Positions 38,688 to 48,616 of a stretch of 60,946 nt of DNA are shown piece after piece. This DNA comes from a plasmid. Both the position numbers and the translations under genes were made by a program. The notes beneath the pieces are model-generated. The model worked only from the letters and a program-made list of their open reading frames with translations. It had not been told where the DNA came from and did not search any database. The DNA is taken from the sequence record NZ_CP048040.1; one strand, given 5' to 3'. Positions within the stretch are counted from its first letter, which is position 1; each line of letters starts with the position of its first letter.

Positions 38688-39635
38688 ATGAAAAATGAAT
38701 TAATAGTTAAAGATAATGCTCTGATTAATGCTAGCTACAATCTTGAGTTAACCGAACAAAGGCTCATTTTATTAGCGATCATGTCTGCAAGAGAATCTGG
38801 ACTAGGTATTACAGCGGACAGTACAATTGAAATACATGCAAAAGAGTATGCCGACAGATTTAACGTAACAATTGATGCTGCATATAAAGCTCTTAAAGAA
38901 GCAGCTAATACTCTTTTTGAAAGAAAATTTTACTATACAAAACAAGTACATGATTACCCGCAACTAAAAATATATATGTTTAAATCTCGTTGGGTTAGTC
39001 GGATTGCATATGCCGATGATTTTGCAACACTAGCAATTACTTTTGCTCCAGATGTAGTACCACTGATTACTCGACTAGAAGAACGGTTTACATACTACCA
39101 ATTCAAGCAGATAGCTCAGCTCACCAGTAAATATGCAATTCGCTTGTATGAATTACTGATTGCATGGCGTGAGATTGGTAAAATGCCACTTATTGAATTG
39201 TCTGATTTTCGGAAAAAAATAGGTGTTGAACCTGATGAATATCAAAGAATGGAGTTATTTAAAAGGCGTGTATTAGAACCGGCAATTAAACAAATTAACG
39301 GACACACTGATATAACTGTGTCGTATGATCAACATAAAAAAGGACGTACTATTTCAGGCTTTTCATTTAGATTTAAACAGAAGCAACAGCCTAAAATTGA
39401 AAAACTGATTGATCCAAAGCGCGACACTAATACTCCTGATTTTTTTATCCAAATGACCGATGCACAGCGCCATCTATTTGCAAATAAAATGTCTGAAATT
39501 CCCGAAATGTCTAAGTATTCACAAGGAACCGAAAGCTACCAACAGTTTGCTATTCGTATTGCAGATATGCTTTTACAACCTGAAAAATTTAGGGAACTTT
39601 ATCCAATCTTAGAAAAAGCTGGATTTAAGAGATAA
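38688..39635 (+). CDS. rep: Rep_3-family replication initiator (Acinetobacter RepAci type)
   Basis: Typical Rep_3 sequence; iterons upstream; about 30% GC. Confidence 0.8.
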   Translation: MKNELIVKDNALINASYNLELTEQRLILLAIMSARESGLGITADSTIEIHAKEYADRFNVTIDAAYKALKEAANTLFERKFYYTKQVHDYPQLKIYMFKSRWVSRIAYADDFATLAITFAPDVVPLITRLEERFTYYQFKQIAQLTSKYAIRLYELLIAWREIGKMPLIELSDFRKKIGVEPDEYQRMELFKRRVLEPAIKQINGHTDITVSYDQHKKGRTISGFSFRFKQKQQPKIEKLIDPKRDTNTPDFFIQMTDAQRHLFANKMSEIPEMSKYSQGTESYQQFAIRIADMLLQPEKFRELYPILEKAGFKR

Positions 39636-39641
39636 AAAACA

Positions 39642-39977
39642 ATGAATAAAAATACTTTTATCAAAAAATTCTTAGAAACTTATGTAAATACAACCACAAA
39701 TCACCCTGATGAATCATACGACCACATAGATTTTGATGTAATGATTAGTCCCAAATATGAAAATAGAAGCTGTATTGCTGTATTTTCAGGTGATCATGGA
39801 ATATTCCCGATTATTTTAGAAATAACAGATAACCCATACCATATGGAACTTGGATATATTGATGTCTTTCTAATTTCAAATAAGCCAGTCAGAAGAAGTA
39901 AAAAGCAACGTGACTTATTGAAGTTAATTATGAAATATCTACAAGAAAATAGTTTGCTGAAATTTAGTCATGACTAA
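39642..39977 (+). CDS. small protein downstream of rep (111 aa)
   Basis: Conserved position in Rep_3 plasmids. Confidence 0.5.
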   Translation: MNKNTFIKKFLETYVNTTTNHPDESYDHIDFDVMISPKYENRSCIAVFSGDHGIFPIILEITDNPYHMELGYIDVFLISNKPVRRSKKQRDLLKLIMKYLQENSLLKFSHD

Positions 39978-39981
39978 ATTT

Positions 39982-40288
39982 TCAAGAAATTTGTTGTGAT
40001 GTATGTAAAACCCTCAAAATACGCACATTTTCAGTAATGTCATACACCACAACATAGTGAGGATGAACAACTAACTCTCTTGTTCCTTTTTTCTGTCCAG
40101 TTCTCCCCATGAGATTATTATGAGCAAGCAAACTAACTTTTTCCCGAATTAAATCATCCAATTCAATTGCAGCAATTGGATTTCTTTCATCAAGATAATC
40201 ATAAATTCTTTCACGATCTTGTTCTGCATCTACGGTCCAAAGAATCGACGTAAAATGACAATTAAGTATTTTTAGAAAATGCTTGGAA
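39982..40288 (-). pseudogene. RelE/ParE-family toxin gene, 5'-truncated (no start codon), in frame with aphA6 stop
   Basis: Minus-strand translation ...FTSILWTVDAEQDRERIYDYLDERNPIAAIELDDLIREKVSLLAHNNLMGRTGQKKGTRELVVHPHYVVVYDITENVRILRVLHTSQQIS*; upstream in-frame codon is the aphA6 TGA. Confidence 0.55.
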
Positions 40289-41068
40289 TCAATTCAATTC
40301 ATCAAGTTTTAAAAAATAATTCCTTTTGTCAGGTCTATCATTTTTTAAATGCTTTAAAAATATTTTAGCAGTTTCCTCCGATGCATCCTCTCTTAGGCAA
40401 CGTTCAACAAAGGATATATCTACAAACTCATCTGCTAACCCAGCACGGCCAAGATCTAAAAAATAAATTTCATTGAATTTATCTATAAAAATATTACTAT
40501 CCGTGATATCGCCATGAGAAAAAACCAATCTTTCTTCAACACGAGTCTCATTTAACTCATTCCATAGACTTAGGTAAGTTTTATGGTCTCCCCATAATTC
40601 AGCGTCAAAATCATCTTGATCTATATCATCAAGGAGTTGGTTATCAATAAAAAATTTTGACTCTTTTAACCGATGATCAATGTTTGAAATAAATGGACAA
40701 TCAATAATAGCAATTGAATTTAACAGATTGAGTACCTCCTTATAGATAGCAAGCAATTCTTGGTCTGTTAAAAAAAGCGCTGAAATTGGTTTTGCATTGA
40801 TCGCTTTAGTGATCATGAATTCAAACTGCTCATCCTGAAAAGTCATGATGAGTTCAGGCACCTTTAACTTCTCAGAGAGCCAACTCAACATTTTCGCTTC
40901 ACGAGAAACACTGTATGTGGTCGCTGTATATAAAGTGCTAGATCGCTTAAGAAAAAAAGTTTCATTATTTCGATTAAAAGAATAAACATCCGATGGCGAC
41001 TGACCAATTTTATTTGGCTCTAAAACGCTGTTTCCAATAAATTGTTGAATAATATTGGGCAATTCCAT
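40289..41068 (-). CDS. aphA6: aminoglycoside 3'-phosphotransferase APH(3')-VIa
   Basis: Near-identical to APH(3')-VIa along its length (MELPNIIQQFIGNSVLEPNKIGQSPSDVYSF...). Confidence 0.9.
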   Translation of the reverse strand: MELPNIIQQFIGNSVLEPNKIGQSPSDVYSFNRNNETFFLKRSSTLYTATTYSVSREAKMLSWLSEKLKVPELIMTFQDEQFEFMITKAINAKPISALFLTDQELLAIYKEVLNLLNSIAIIDCPFISNIDHRLKESKFFIDNQLLDDIDQDDFDAELWGDHKTYLSLWNELNETRVEERLVFSHGDITDSNIFIDKFNEIYFLDLGRAGLADEFVDISFVERCLREDASEETAKIFLKHLKNDRPDKRNYFLKLDELN

Positions 41069-41216
41069 CAAGCTTTCCTTTTATTCAGTATTAAAAACCC
41101 CGCAAATGCGAGGCCTAGTAAATAGATGATCTTAATTTGGTTCACTGTAGCAAAAATATGGCTTATTCCCTAGAAGAACTTGCAAAATTATTGTCCCAGC
41201 CGACACAGCTGTAGCT

Positions 41217-41241
41217 CCTCTTAAAAAAGAGGCTTTTTTTT
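41217..41241 (+). terminator. hairpin CCTCTT-aaaa-AAGAGG + T-run
   Basis: Stem-loop followed by 8 T. Confidence 0.4.
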
Positions 41242-41421
41242 AATCAAACCCGAGTTGCGCTATGATTTTAGGGATCAATCATCTTGTTTCTCCATATCTT
41301 AAACAAGCTGATGCGTTGACCTGTGTCAAATATTCAATCATTAAGCACTTAATCAATTGCCTTGTCGTCACCTCAAAAGTCGCATCAATTGATCGGCTGT
41401 TTGAGCAATCAAACCAAACAT

Positions 41422-41443
41422 GGGGGCACCTCAGAAAACGGAA
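41422..41443. repeat. left 22 bp of a Tn21-family 38-bp IR, interrupted by an IS
   Basis: GGGGGCACCTCAGAAAACGGAA; remaining 16 bp AATAAAGCACGCTAAG at 42771-42786. Confidence 0.75.
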
Positions 41444-42770
41444 TCTATGGTCACTCCCGTTTTTGCAACACCGATTTTGACGACAAGTTGGCTTGCTTGA
41501 ATCTATCCGGCGTCTGAATGGGATTTTATTCCCGCGCCTTGATGAGTTCCGCGCCTGATGAACCTCCAGAAAATATACGGCTTCAATGAGCCTTTCCGTT
41601 TTACAGGTTCCTCAACAGGCCGGTGGGCCGTTAGTATCATCAATATCAGTATTCGCAAAACCAGATCAGTAATTCTTTAAACCGGTGTATTTCTGCCGTT
41701 ATGCTACATAAGTTTGCTGTCGTGCCGTTAGGGCCCAGGCTATTCTGGCCAGCTTGTTTGCCAGAGCACAAGTGACGACAAAGTTGCTTTTCCGGCACAG
41801 TAAATCCCTGACCCAATCGGCCAATTTGCCAGACTGGTGTTCCAGTTTTTGTATGAATACCCTGGCACATTGAACCAACAAAGTTCGGATCTTTTTATTA
41901 CCTCGCTTACTAATTCCCAGCAATGTCGTCCTACCTCCCGTGCTGTACTGCCGAGGTACAAGCCCTGTTGCCGCCGCAAAGTCACGGCTGCTGGCGTACT
42001 GCTTCCCGTCGCCAATCTCAGTTGAAATAGTACTCGCTGTCAGTGTTCCGACGCAGGGAATGCTCAGCAAGCGCTGTCCAACCTCATCTTCGTCCAACTT
42101 TCGTTTCAACTGGGATTCCAAATCTTTAATCTGCTCAACAAGATAGTGATAATGCTGTTGTAATTTCAGCAATAACTGGCTGAGGTAAAGAGGCAAACTA
42201 TTATCCTCAAGAATGGTACTCAGTCGGCTAATAACGGCAGCTCCTCGGGGAACGCTAATGCCAAATTCCAGCAGAAAAGCATGCATTTGATTGGTTGTTT
42301 TTACCTTATCCTGAACCAGGGATTCACGGACACGATGCAGAGCCCGCATTGCCTGCTGAGATTCCGTTCTGGGCTGCACAAAACGCATAGACGGACGCGA
42401 TGCAGCTTCACAAATAGCTTCGGCGTCGACAAAGTCGTTTTTATTGCTTTTAACGAACGGGCGGACAAATTGTGGTGATATCAGCTTTGGGGAATGCCCC
42501 AACTCTTCCAACTTGCGTGCCATAAAGTGAGAACCGCCACAGGCTTCCATTGCGATGGTTGTAGCGGGGCATGTCGCCAAAAATTCGATCAACTTTGGCC
42601 GGGTAAATTTTTTACGGTAAACAGCCTTCCCGCGACGATCCTGGCAATGAATATGGAAAGAGTTTTTACCCAGATCGATACCAATGAGCGCAATGTTTTC
42701 CATGATAGTTCTCCGAATGAAAGCCTGTCCTCAGCATAGTACCGGGAAGGAGGGAGTGACCATCTCATTA
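41444..42770 (-). mobile_element. IS1111-family element, IS4321/IS5075-like, exactly 1327 bp
   Basis: Splits the 38-bp IR between GGAA and AATAAAG; intact 334-aa IS110/IS1111 transposase MENIALIGIDLGKNSFHIHCQ... Confidence 0.8.
41699..42703 (-). CDS. IS110/IS1111-family transposase (334 aa), intact
   Basis: Uninterrupted ORF with conserved N-terminal DEDD-type region. Confidence 0.8.
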   Translation of the reverse strand: MENIALIGIDLGKNSFHIHCQDRRGKAVYRKKFTRPKLIEFLATCPATTIAMEACGGSHFMARKLEELGHSPKLISPQFVRPFVKSNKNDFVDAEAICEAASRPSMRFVQPRTESQQAMRALHRVRESLVQDKVKTTNQMHAFLLEFGISVPRGAAVISRLSTILEDNSLPLYLSQLLLKLQQHYHYLVEQIKDLESQLKRKLDEDEVGQRLLSIPCVGTLTASTISTEIGDGKQYASSRDFAAATGLVPRQYSTGGRTTLLGISKRGNKKIRTLLVQCARVFIQKLEHQSGKLADWVRDLLCRKSNFVVTCALANKLARIAWALTARQQTYVA

Positions 42771-42786
42771 AATAAAGCACGCTAAG
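42771..42786. repeat. right 16 bp of the interrupted 38-bp IR
   Basis: AATAAAGCACGCTAAG followed by the tnpA C-terminus on minus strand. Confidence 0.75.
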
Positions 42787-45285
42787 CCGGTTGCAGAGGC
42801 CGTAGCGGCCTGAACTTCCCCGCGCCGATCTTGGCGCTGCTGCGCCATAGGTAATCACCGGTCAGGTTGATGTGCTCCCAGCCGAGTGGCGACAGGTACT
42901 GCAATAGCGAGTCATCGACGGCATGACCATTGCCGCGCAACCTGCGCCTCGCCCTTGTTCAACCCGGCGTACACGCGGCGGCGTAGCTCGACGCTTTGCA
43001 GCCGATCGAGGATGAACAGCGTGCGCTCGATGCAGCCCAACTCGCGCAGCGCGACGATAAGCCGTTCTGGCGCGGTAACTGCCGAGTTTCCTGAGCATCA
43101 GCAGGCCGTCACCGTGCCCTGCTTGATCGAGGTGGCCAGCCGCGGATTTCGTCCCAATGGGCGCGGACGTGCTTGATGTTGAGCGTTCGCCGATCATCGG
43201 CAGGCGCGTCATAGAGCGGCATCGCCCTTCCGGGATGTAGAGCTTGGTGTCGCCCGTCGCGGATGCGCGGCGCCCAAGCAGGAAGCCCAAGAGGTGCGCA
43301 TCAGGGCGAAGACGTGATCGAGGTGAAGCCCGCCGTGTCGTGTAGTGCTCCTCGATCCGCAGGTCGGATTCGTGTACAGCAGGCCGTCGAGCACGTAGAG
43401 TTGAGGTCGCGCAAGCCGACATTGACCACTGCTGGTGTGGAATGGCGCGTATTGGTCGGAGATGTGGGTGTAGAAAGTCCGTCCTGGGCTGCTGCCATGA
43501 TTTTGGAGTTGATGTGCCCCGTGCTCTTTGCCTTGCTAGCGGGGTTCCGGAATTCTGTCCGTCCGATGATGATGTGGTGCCATCGCCCCAGTGCCCGGCA
43601 AAGGATGCCGAAACTGAGCGTTGACAGTTCAGCCAACGCTGTCGAGTACGTTTCGTCGCGGGTATGCCGAGGCTTGCAGCCAAGCGAGCTTCGCGCGCAG
43701 GTCGTGCCGGGGCAGGACTCGGCCATCTTGAGGTCAGGCCAGGTTGATCGCGTCGGCCGGGATCGTGGTCAACAATAAGGTTCTTGTCCTTGGCCAGATC
43801 GCCCGATTTCAGAGTGCGTGAAGTGCCGGGTGAAGCCCGTCCTCATCGACTTCGAACAGTTCGGTGATCTTGACGTGCGGCAGGACCATGGCTGTCTGGT
43901 CTATCAGCGCCTGCGCGGTATCGGAGCACCACCGCATCCAGCGGCGTGATCTTCAAGCCCGACTCGGTGATGATGGCATCCGGCAGGTCGTTGGCTGCCG
44001 CCATGCGGTTGACGGTGGCTTAGTTGTGCTTCCAGCAGCGTCAAGCCCGCTCCATACGAGATATTGTTCGCAGTCGGTGGCCCGACCGGCGGCAATTCGC
44101 TGGAACTGCCCAGGCTGGTGAACTTCTCGAGGTACCAGGTAGTCCTCGAAGTCCTTGAACTGGCGTGAACCCTGCGCAGATGTCGCCCGAGCGCAGAGTT
44201 CTTCAACTCCGGACAGCGCGCACGTTCGTAGTAGCGCCGGTCGATGCCGGCGTCGGTCATCACCAGTTTCTGCCAGCGCGGCGGTGAAGCCGGTCGGGGT
44301 GCATCGGCTGGCAGCTTGCGGGCGTTGTCGGTGTTCATGCCGCGCAGCACCTCAATGGCATCAAAGCACGTTTTTTGGCGGCGGGCGCAGCCCGCAGCGA
44401 ACACGGCAAGGAATTCCGGTGCATAGCGGCGCGAGATTGGCGTAGCTCTCGCCGATGCGATGCAGGAAATCGAAGTCATCGGGTTGCGCGAGCTGCGCCT
44501 CGGTGACGCTCTCGGCAAAGAATCAGGACATGACGGCCTCGATGGCGGCAAACGCATCGCAGCCTGATTGCTGGCGTCGATGGCGCGCCTGACCGATGCG
44601 CCCGGCACAGACGATACCTTGGCGTTGATGGCCTTGCCTGACGCCTGGAACTGCTGCTGATGCTTATTCTTGGCAGCGTTAAACAACACAGGATGCGGTC
44701 GTGCAGGTCGATGATTTCGTCATTGACGGTGGCCACATGCCCTCGGTGGCCAGCGCCACGAAGAGTGGCGCGTAGCGCCGTTGCGGCTCGGGTGGCCAGG
44801 TCGGCGGGTGTCATCTGGCCGCCCTCGCGAACAATCTTGAGCAGGCGGTTCTGGTGAACCAGCCGCTCGATGCCAGTAGGCAGATCAGTGCCTACCATGC
44901 CTTGAGGCGTTCGATGTGTTCCAGCATATGCCACGAATTTGGCTTGGCCGGAGGCGGCGCAACCAAGCCAACCAGGTCGTCTTGCCGTTGTCCCGGCGCC
45001 CCGAGCAGATCGTCGAGGCGGCGGCGATGCGCGTCCGCCAGTGGTTCGGCCAAGGCGTCGTAGATGCGCCGGTTAGCACGGGTGATCGCCTCGGCACTCG
45101 CCCGCTCGACGGCGTTGAGGGCGGGCAGAATGACCGACTGCCGCCGCAGGTGCCCGATCAAGGCGCTGGCCAGCACGATGCCTTTGTCGGTTTGCATCGC
45201 CAGCTCGGTCAGCATCTGGACGGCCTGCCGGTAATGGCTCATGGTGAAGGGCCGGAAACCGAACACGGTTTGCAGCTCGCTCAGG
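42784..45285 (-). pseudogene. tnpA: second, inverted Tn21/Tn501-type tnpA remnant, truncated by IS26 at about codon 107 and heavily frameshifted
   Basis: Minus-strand TnpA homology from SELQTVFGFRPFTMSHYRQAVQMLTELAMQTDKGIVLASAL down to ...YLWRS; about 190-bp deletion relative to the 600-3033 copy. Confidence 0.7.
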
Positions 45286-46103
45286 GGCACTGTTGCAAAT
45301 AGTCGGTGGTGATAAACTTATCATCCCCTTTTGCTGATGGAGCTGCACATGAACCCATTCAAAGGCCGGCATTTTCAGCGTGACATCATTCTGTGGGCCG
45401 TACGCTGGTACTGCAAATACGGCATCAGTTACCGTGAGCTGCAGGAGATGCTGGCTGAACGCGGAGTGAATGTCGATCACTCCACGATTTACCGCTGGGT
45501 TCAGCGTTATGCGCCTGAAATGGAAAAACGGCTGCGCTGGTACTGGCGTAACCCTTCCGATCTTTGCCCGTGGCACATGGATGAAACCTACGTGAAGGTC
45601 AATGGCCGCTGGGCGTATCTGTACCAGGCCGTCGACAGCCGGGGCCGCACTGTCGATTACATCTCTCCTCCCGTCGTAACAGCAAAGCTGCGCGCACGGT
45701 TTCTGGGTAAAATCCTCAACAACGTGAAGAAGTGGCAGATCCGCGATTCATCAGCACGGATAAAGCGCCCGCCTATGGTGCGCGCTTGCTCTGCTCAAAC
45801 GCGAGGCCGGTGCCCGTCCTGACGTTGAACACCGACAGATTAAGTACCGGAACAACGTGATTGAATGCGATCATGGCAAACTGAAACGGATAATCGGCGC
45901 CACGCTGGGATTTAAATCCATGAAGACGGCTTACGCCACCATCAAAGGTATTGAGGTGATGCGTGCACTACGCAAAGGCCAGGCCTCAGCATTTTATTAT
46001 GGTGATCCCCTGGGCGAAATGCGCCTGGTAAGCAGAGTTTTTGAAATGTAAGGCCTTTGAATAAGACAAAAGGCTGCCTCATCGCTAACTTTGCAACAGT
46101 GCC
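45286..46103 (+). mobile_element. IS26, copy 2, same orientation as copy 1, divergent/frameshifted
   Basis: Termini GGCACTGTTGCAAA ... TTTGCAACAGTGCC; Tnp26 homologue in ORFs 45331-45822 and 45857-46051. Confidence 0.85.
45348..46051 (+). pseudogene. tnpA: IS26 transposase, frameshifted at positions different from copy 1
   Basis: MNPFKGRHFQRD...WAYLYQAVDSRGRTVD then frame break. Confidence 0.7.
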
Positions 46104-46357
46104 CTGTCAGGATGAGTGCGGTTTACGTGTAAAGACCTACAGCTTAGGAGTAGTCTTATGGAGTTGCGCCCTCTGGAATGACCCAAAACTGGCACTTTAA
46201 ACGCGGGTTACGTGTCATGTTGCTGATTGATTTATACCTTCTGTTGATAATCAGAAGGAACAAACCGTTTTCAGCTTTGTTTTTCTCAGGGCCCGAAACA
46301 GAAAATAGGAAGAAAGTGGAGTTTCATTTTAGAAAATCAACCAAATCCAATTTTTCA

Positions 46358-46500
46358 ATGTACCAAATATGTGGAATATTAATCACATATAAAAATTTCC
46401 GGTTTCATTTCTATAACAACATTCCACATATTTGGTACATAATAGGTAACATGGCTCATTTGGTACATTGGATTGTTATCACCACCTTTGGTACATTGAT
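46358..46500. promoter_or_regulatory. operator-like array: 20-bp inverted pair TGTACCAAATATGTGGAATA / TATTCCACATATTTGGTACA plus two more TTTGGTACATTG copies
   Basis: 46358-46377 and 46420-46439 perfect inverted copies; 46460 and 46490 direct; 50 bp upstream of gene at 46552. Confidence 0.45.
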
Positions 46501-46551
46501 TCTATGTTCCAGATAGATAGTAATTTGGAAAGGTACTGGATAGGAGTAATA

Positions 46552-47100
46552 ATGATGGGCGACGTCCAAAATCTTGACGTTATACGAGACTGGGAACACC
46601 TTAGCAGGACAAACGAAACGTCAGAACGCGACGATGTGACATCGGATGAACTTGATTCTGTAGGACGTACTTTCGTCCAGAATGTACGTGACCTTGTTGA
46701 ACAGGAACTTTATGTTGTTGCGACAGATGCACGGAAGGCGGCAGACATTTTTTGGGAGATCAACCAAGAGGTCAGGGAATCGGGCGTTGCCGGTGAACAA
46801 GGCTACTTCGGTACAAGAGTACGCGTGCTGAACAAAAGCATTGCAGCGACGTGGCACAAAAATCGCTTTGTGCCAGGACCAGGTGATAAGAAGAAAGTAT
46901 TCTCGACACATCTCGAGAAAGGTTTGGGCCCTCGTTATCCGACAAAGACATTTAAGGGCGCACGTGACTGGGAGCTTGAGGCGATACAGGTCACTGAAGA
47001 CAGGTATTCATTGCTTCGACAACGATCGAATGCTTTGTCAAAAATCCGCAGAGCCCTTTCAGAATATGAGCGTCTTTTAGACAAGTGCTATCAGGAGTAG
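46552..47100 (+). CDS. hypothetical protein (182 aa)
   Basis: ORF from MMGDVQNLDV. Confidence 0.5.
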   Translation: MMGDVQNLDVIRDWEHLSRTNETSERDDVTSDELDSVGRTFVQNVRDLVEQELYVVATDARKAADIFWEINQEVRESGVAGEQGYFGTRVRVLNKSIAATWHKNRFVPGPGDKKKVFSTHLEKGLGPRYPTKTFKGARDWELEAIQVTEDRYSLLRQRSNALSKIRRALSEYERLLDKCYQE

Positions 47101-47103
47101 GAA

Positions 47104-47391
47104 ATGACTACGCGAAATGCTTCTGCGGTTTCAAACGTTGCTTGGCGTCTTTCTGGTGCCCAACAGCGTTTAGGCACGACATACGAAGGGAAGCCAGCCC
47201 TTTCATCCATTAAAGCTTCTCAGGCTCGTTTACGTGGTGATATGGAACATATCTCTCATGAGTCAGCAGTGAACCGATATATGCAAGCTGATGCTCGCCG
47301 TACACATCGCCATACAAACGCAATCTTTGGATTTTTAGCTGCCACGGTTTTCGGTGTGATCGGCGCAGTCTACTTGTTTGTTCTTTCGTAA
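47104..47391 (+). CDS. tail-anchored small protein (95 aa, C-terminal TM)
   Basis: C-terminal AIFGFLAATVFGVIGAVYLFVLS. Confidence 0.45.
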   Translation: MTTRNASAVSNVAWRLSGAQQRLGTTYEGKPALSSIKASQARLRGDMEHISHESAVNRYMQADARRTHRHTNAIFGFLAATVFGVIGAVYLFVLS

Positions 47392-47414
47392 CACCGGGGG
47401 GAGACTTGAGAAAC

Positions 47415-48506
47415 ATGAGCAAGAGCAAGGGAGTAGCGGTAGTCGAAGTTGTTGACCACGTCGACGGCGAGAATATCGAGCTGCGAGAGCAGCTTAATTT
47501 GTTCGAGTACGTTGACTCAGATCTACGACGACGCAAAGAGTATTCAAACTCTGTAGACCTGTATGACAGCCTACCTAAGTACAGCTGGGACCAGCGTGAG
47601 ATTGAAGACGTCCAAGAAGCCAGCCGCATCCGTTGCATCAAGCTCGGAGGCCAGGAGTACCAGATTGAGGTTACACCTGCGGTGATCACGCGGGACAAGC
47701 GCAAGGTTTTCGTTTTTCCAAGTGCTCGTGAAGAGCTTGTTGAGGAGGCCTTGCGTAAGTTTGTTGTAGACGGACAAGGGACTGCTCACGGCGGTGAAGT
47801 CGGCGTATTCTTCACAATGTACCAACTGCAAAAAGAACTTGCAGAAAACGGCCGTACCTACAGCTTAACTGAGCTATCCGAAGCGTTAGAAGTGCTGAAT
47901 AAGGCAAACATCGAAATCTCAACGACGTCTGGTGATGCGGTCTTGAGCTCACCGCTGTTTCCAACGGTAGTGACAAGAAGCCGAAGTGAATATCTTAAGG
48001 CTCCCACGCAGTCAAAGTGTTACGCCCGCTTCAATGTGATGGTGACAGATTCCATCCTTAAACTTAAATACCGTCGCTACGACTACAAGCTTGGCATGTC
48101 GATCAAAAGCCACCTCGCTCGTTGGATTCACCGTCGGATGAGTCAAAACTGGACTCAAGCCAGCATAGACAAACCTTACACCTTCACCCAGACGTCTTAC
48201 CTTGCGGCCAGCCCTCGGGGGTTGTCCGAAACTATGAGCGAAAATACACGGGCGGTTAAGTCTGCGCTTGATACATTAAAGAAGCACGGTATTGTTGATC
48301 GCTACGATGCGGAGCCGGAAAAGGACGGACGCAAGATCATTGATGTCCGCTATCGTGTGTATGCAACCCAGGAGTTCGTATCGCAGACGATCTCCCACAA
48401 CCGTCACCGCAACGAATTAAGTGCCCATCAGTTCCAGGTGATGAAAAAGGGGCTGCAGAGAAGCAAGGGCAGACTTAGCCGCTCGAAGAAGGGTGAAGAA
48501 AGCTAG
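47415..48506 (+). CDS. candidate replication initiator (363 aa) of a second replicon
   Basis: Basic C-terminus; immediately followed by DnaA boxes and a large direct-repeat iteron array; no confident family assignment. Confidence 0.5.
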   Translation: MSKSKGVAVVEVVDHVDGENIELREQLNLFEYVDSDLRRRKEYSNSVDLYDSLPKYSWDQREIEDVQEASRIRCIKLGGQEYQIEVTPAVITRDKRKVFVFPSAREELVEEALRKFVVDGQGTAHGGEVGVFFTMYQLQKELAENGRTYSLTELSEALEVLNKANIEISTTSGDAVLSSPLFPTVVTRSRSEYLKAPTQSKCYARFNVMVTDSILKLKYRRYDYKLGMSIKSHLARWIHRRMSQNWTQASIDKPYTFTQTSYLAASPRGLSETMSENTRAVKSALDTLKKHGIVDRYDAEPEKDGRKIIDVRYRVYATQEFVSQTISHNRHRNELSAHQFQVMKKGLQRSKGRLSRSKKGEES

Positions 48507-48598
48507 CATCTGACTCACTCGCATTGATGCCCAATTGAATGACAGATCTGTAGCTGTTGTGGTTTACCTAGCGTTATCTCAGCACCATATACAACTTC

Positions 48599-48607
48599 TG
48601 TGGATAA
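48599..48607 (-). promoter_or_regulatory. DnaA box (TGTGGATAA = TTATCCACA on minus strand)
   Basis: Perfect 9-mer consensus. Confidence 0.5.
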
Positions 48608-48616
48608 CACCTCAAA

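Noticed and set aside
37217-41421. XerC/XerD pdif sites flanking the aphA6 or Rep_3 modules
   Set aside because: I searched by eye for ATTTCG-type/TTATG-type 11-6-11 sites and found none convincing. The only dif-like geometry in the circle is the 13-6-13 site at 6481.
41262-41480. 72-aa plus-strand ORF upstream of aphA6
   Set aside because: It reads through the junction into the Tn21-type IR and IS boundary. Likely fortuitous.
36402-46103. Whether all frameshifts in IS26, tnpA and mer sequences are simply sequencing errors
   Set aside because: Not fully accepted. The two tnpA copies differ by a deletion of about 190 bp, and the IS26 copies show substitutions as well as indels. Both point to real divergence. 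Confinement of the lesions to high-GC acquired DNA keeps the artefact explanation open.
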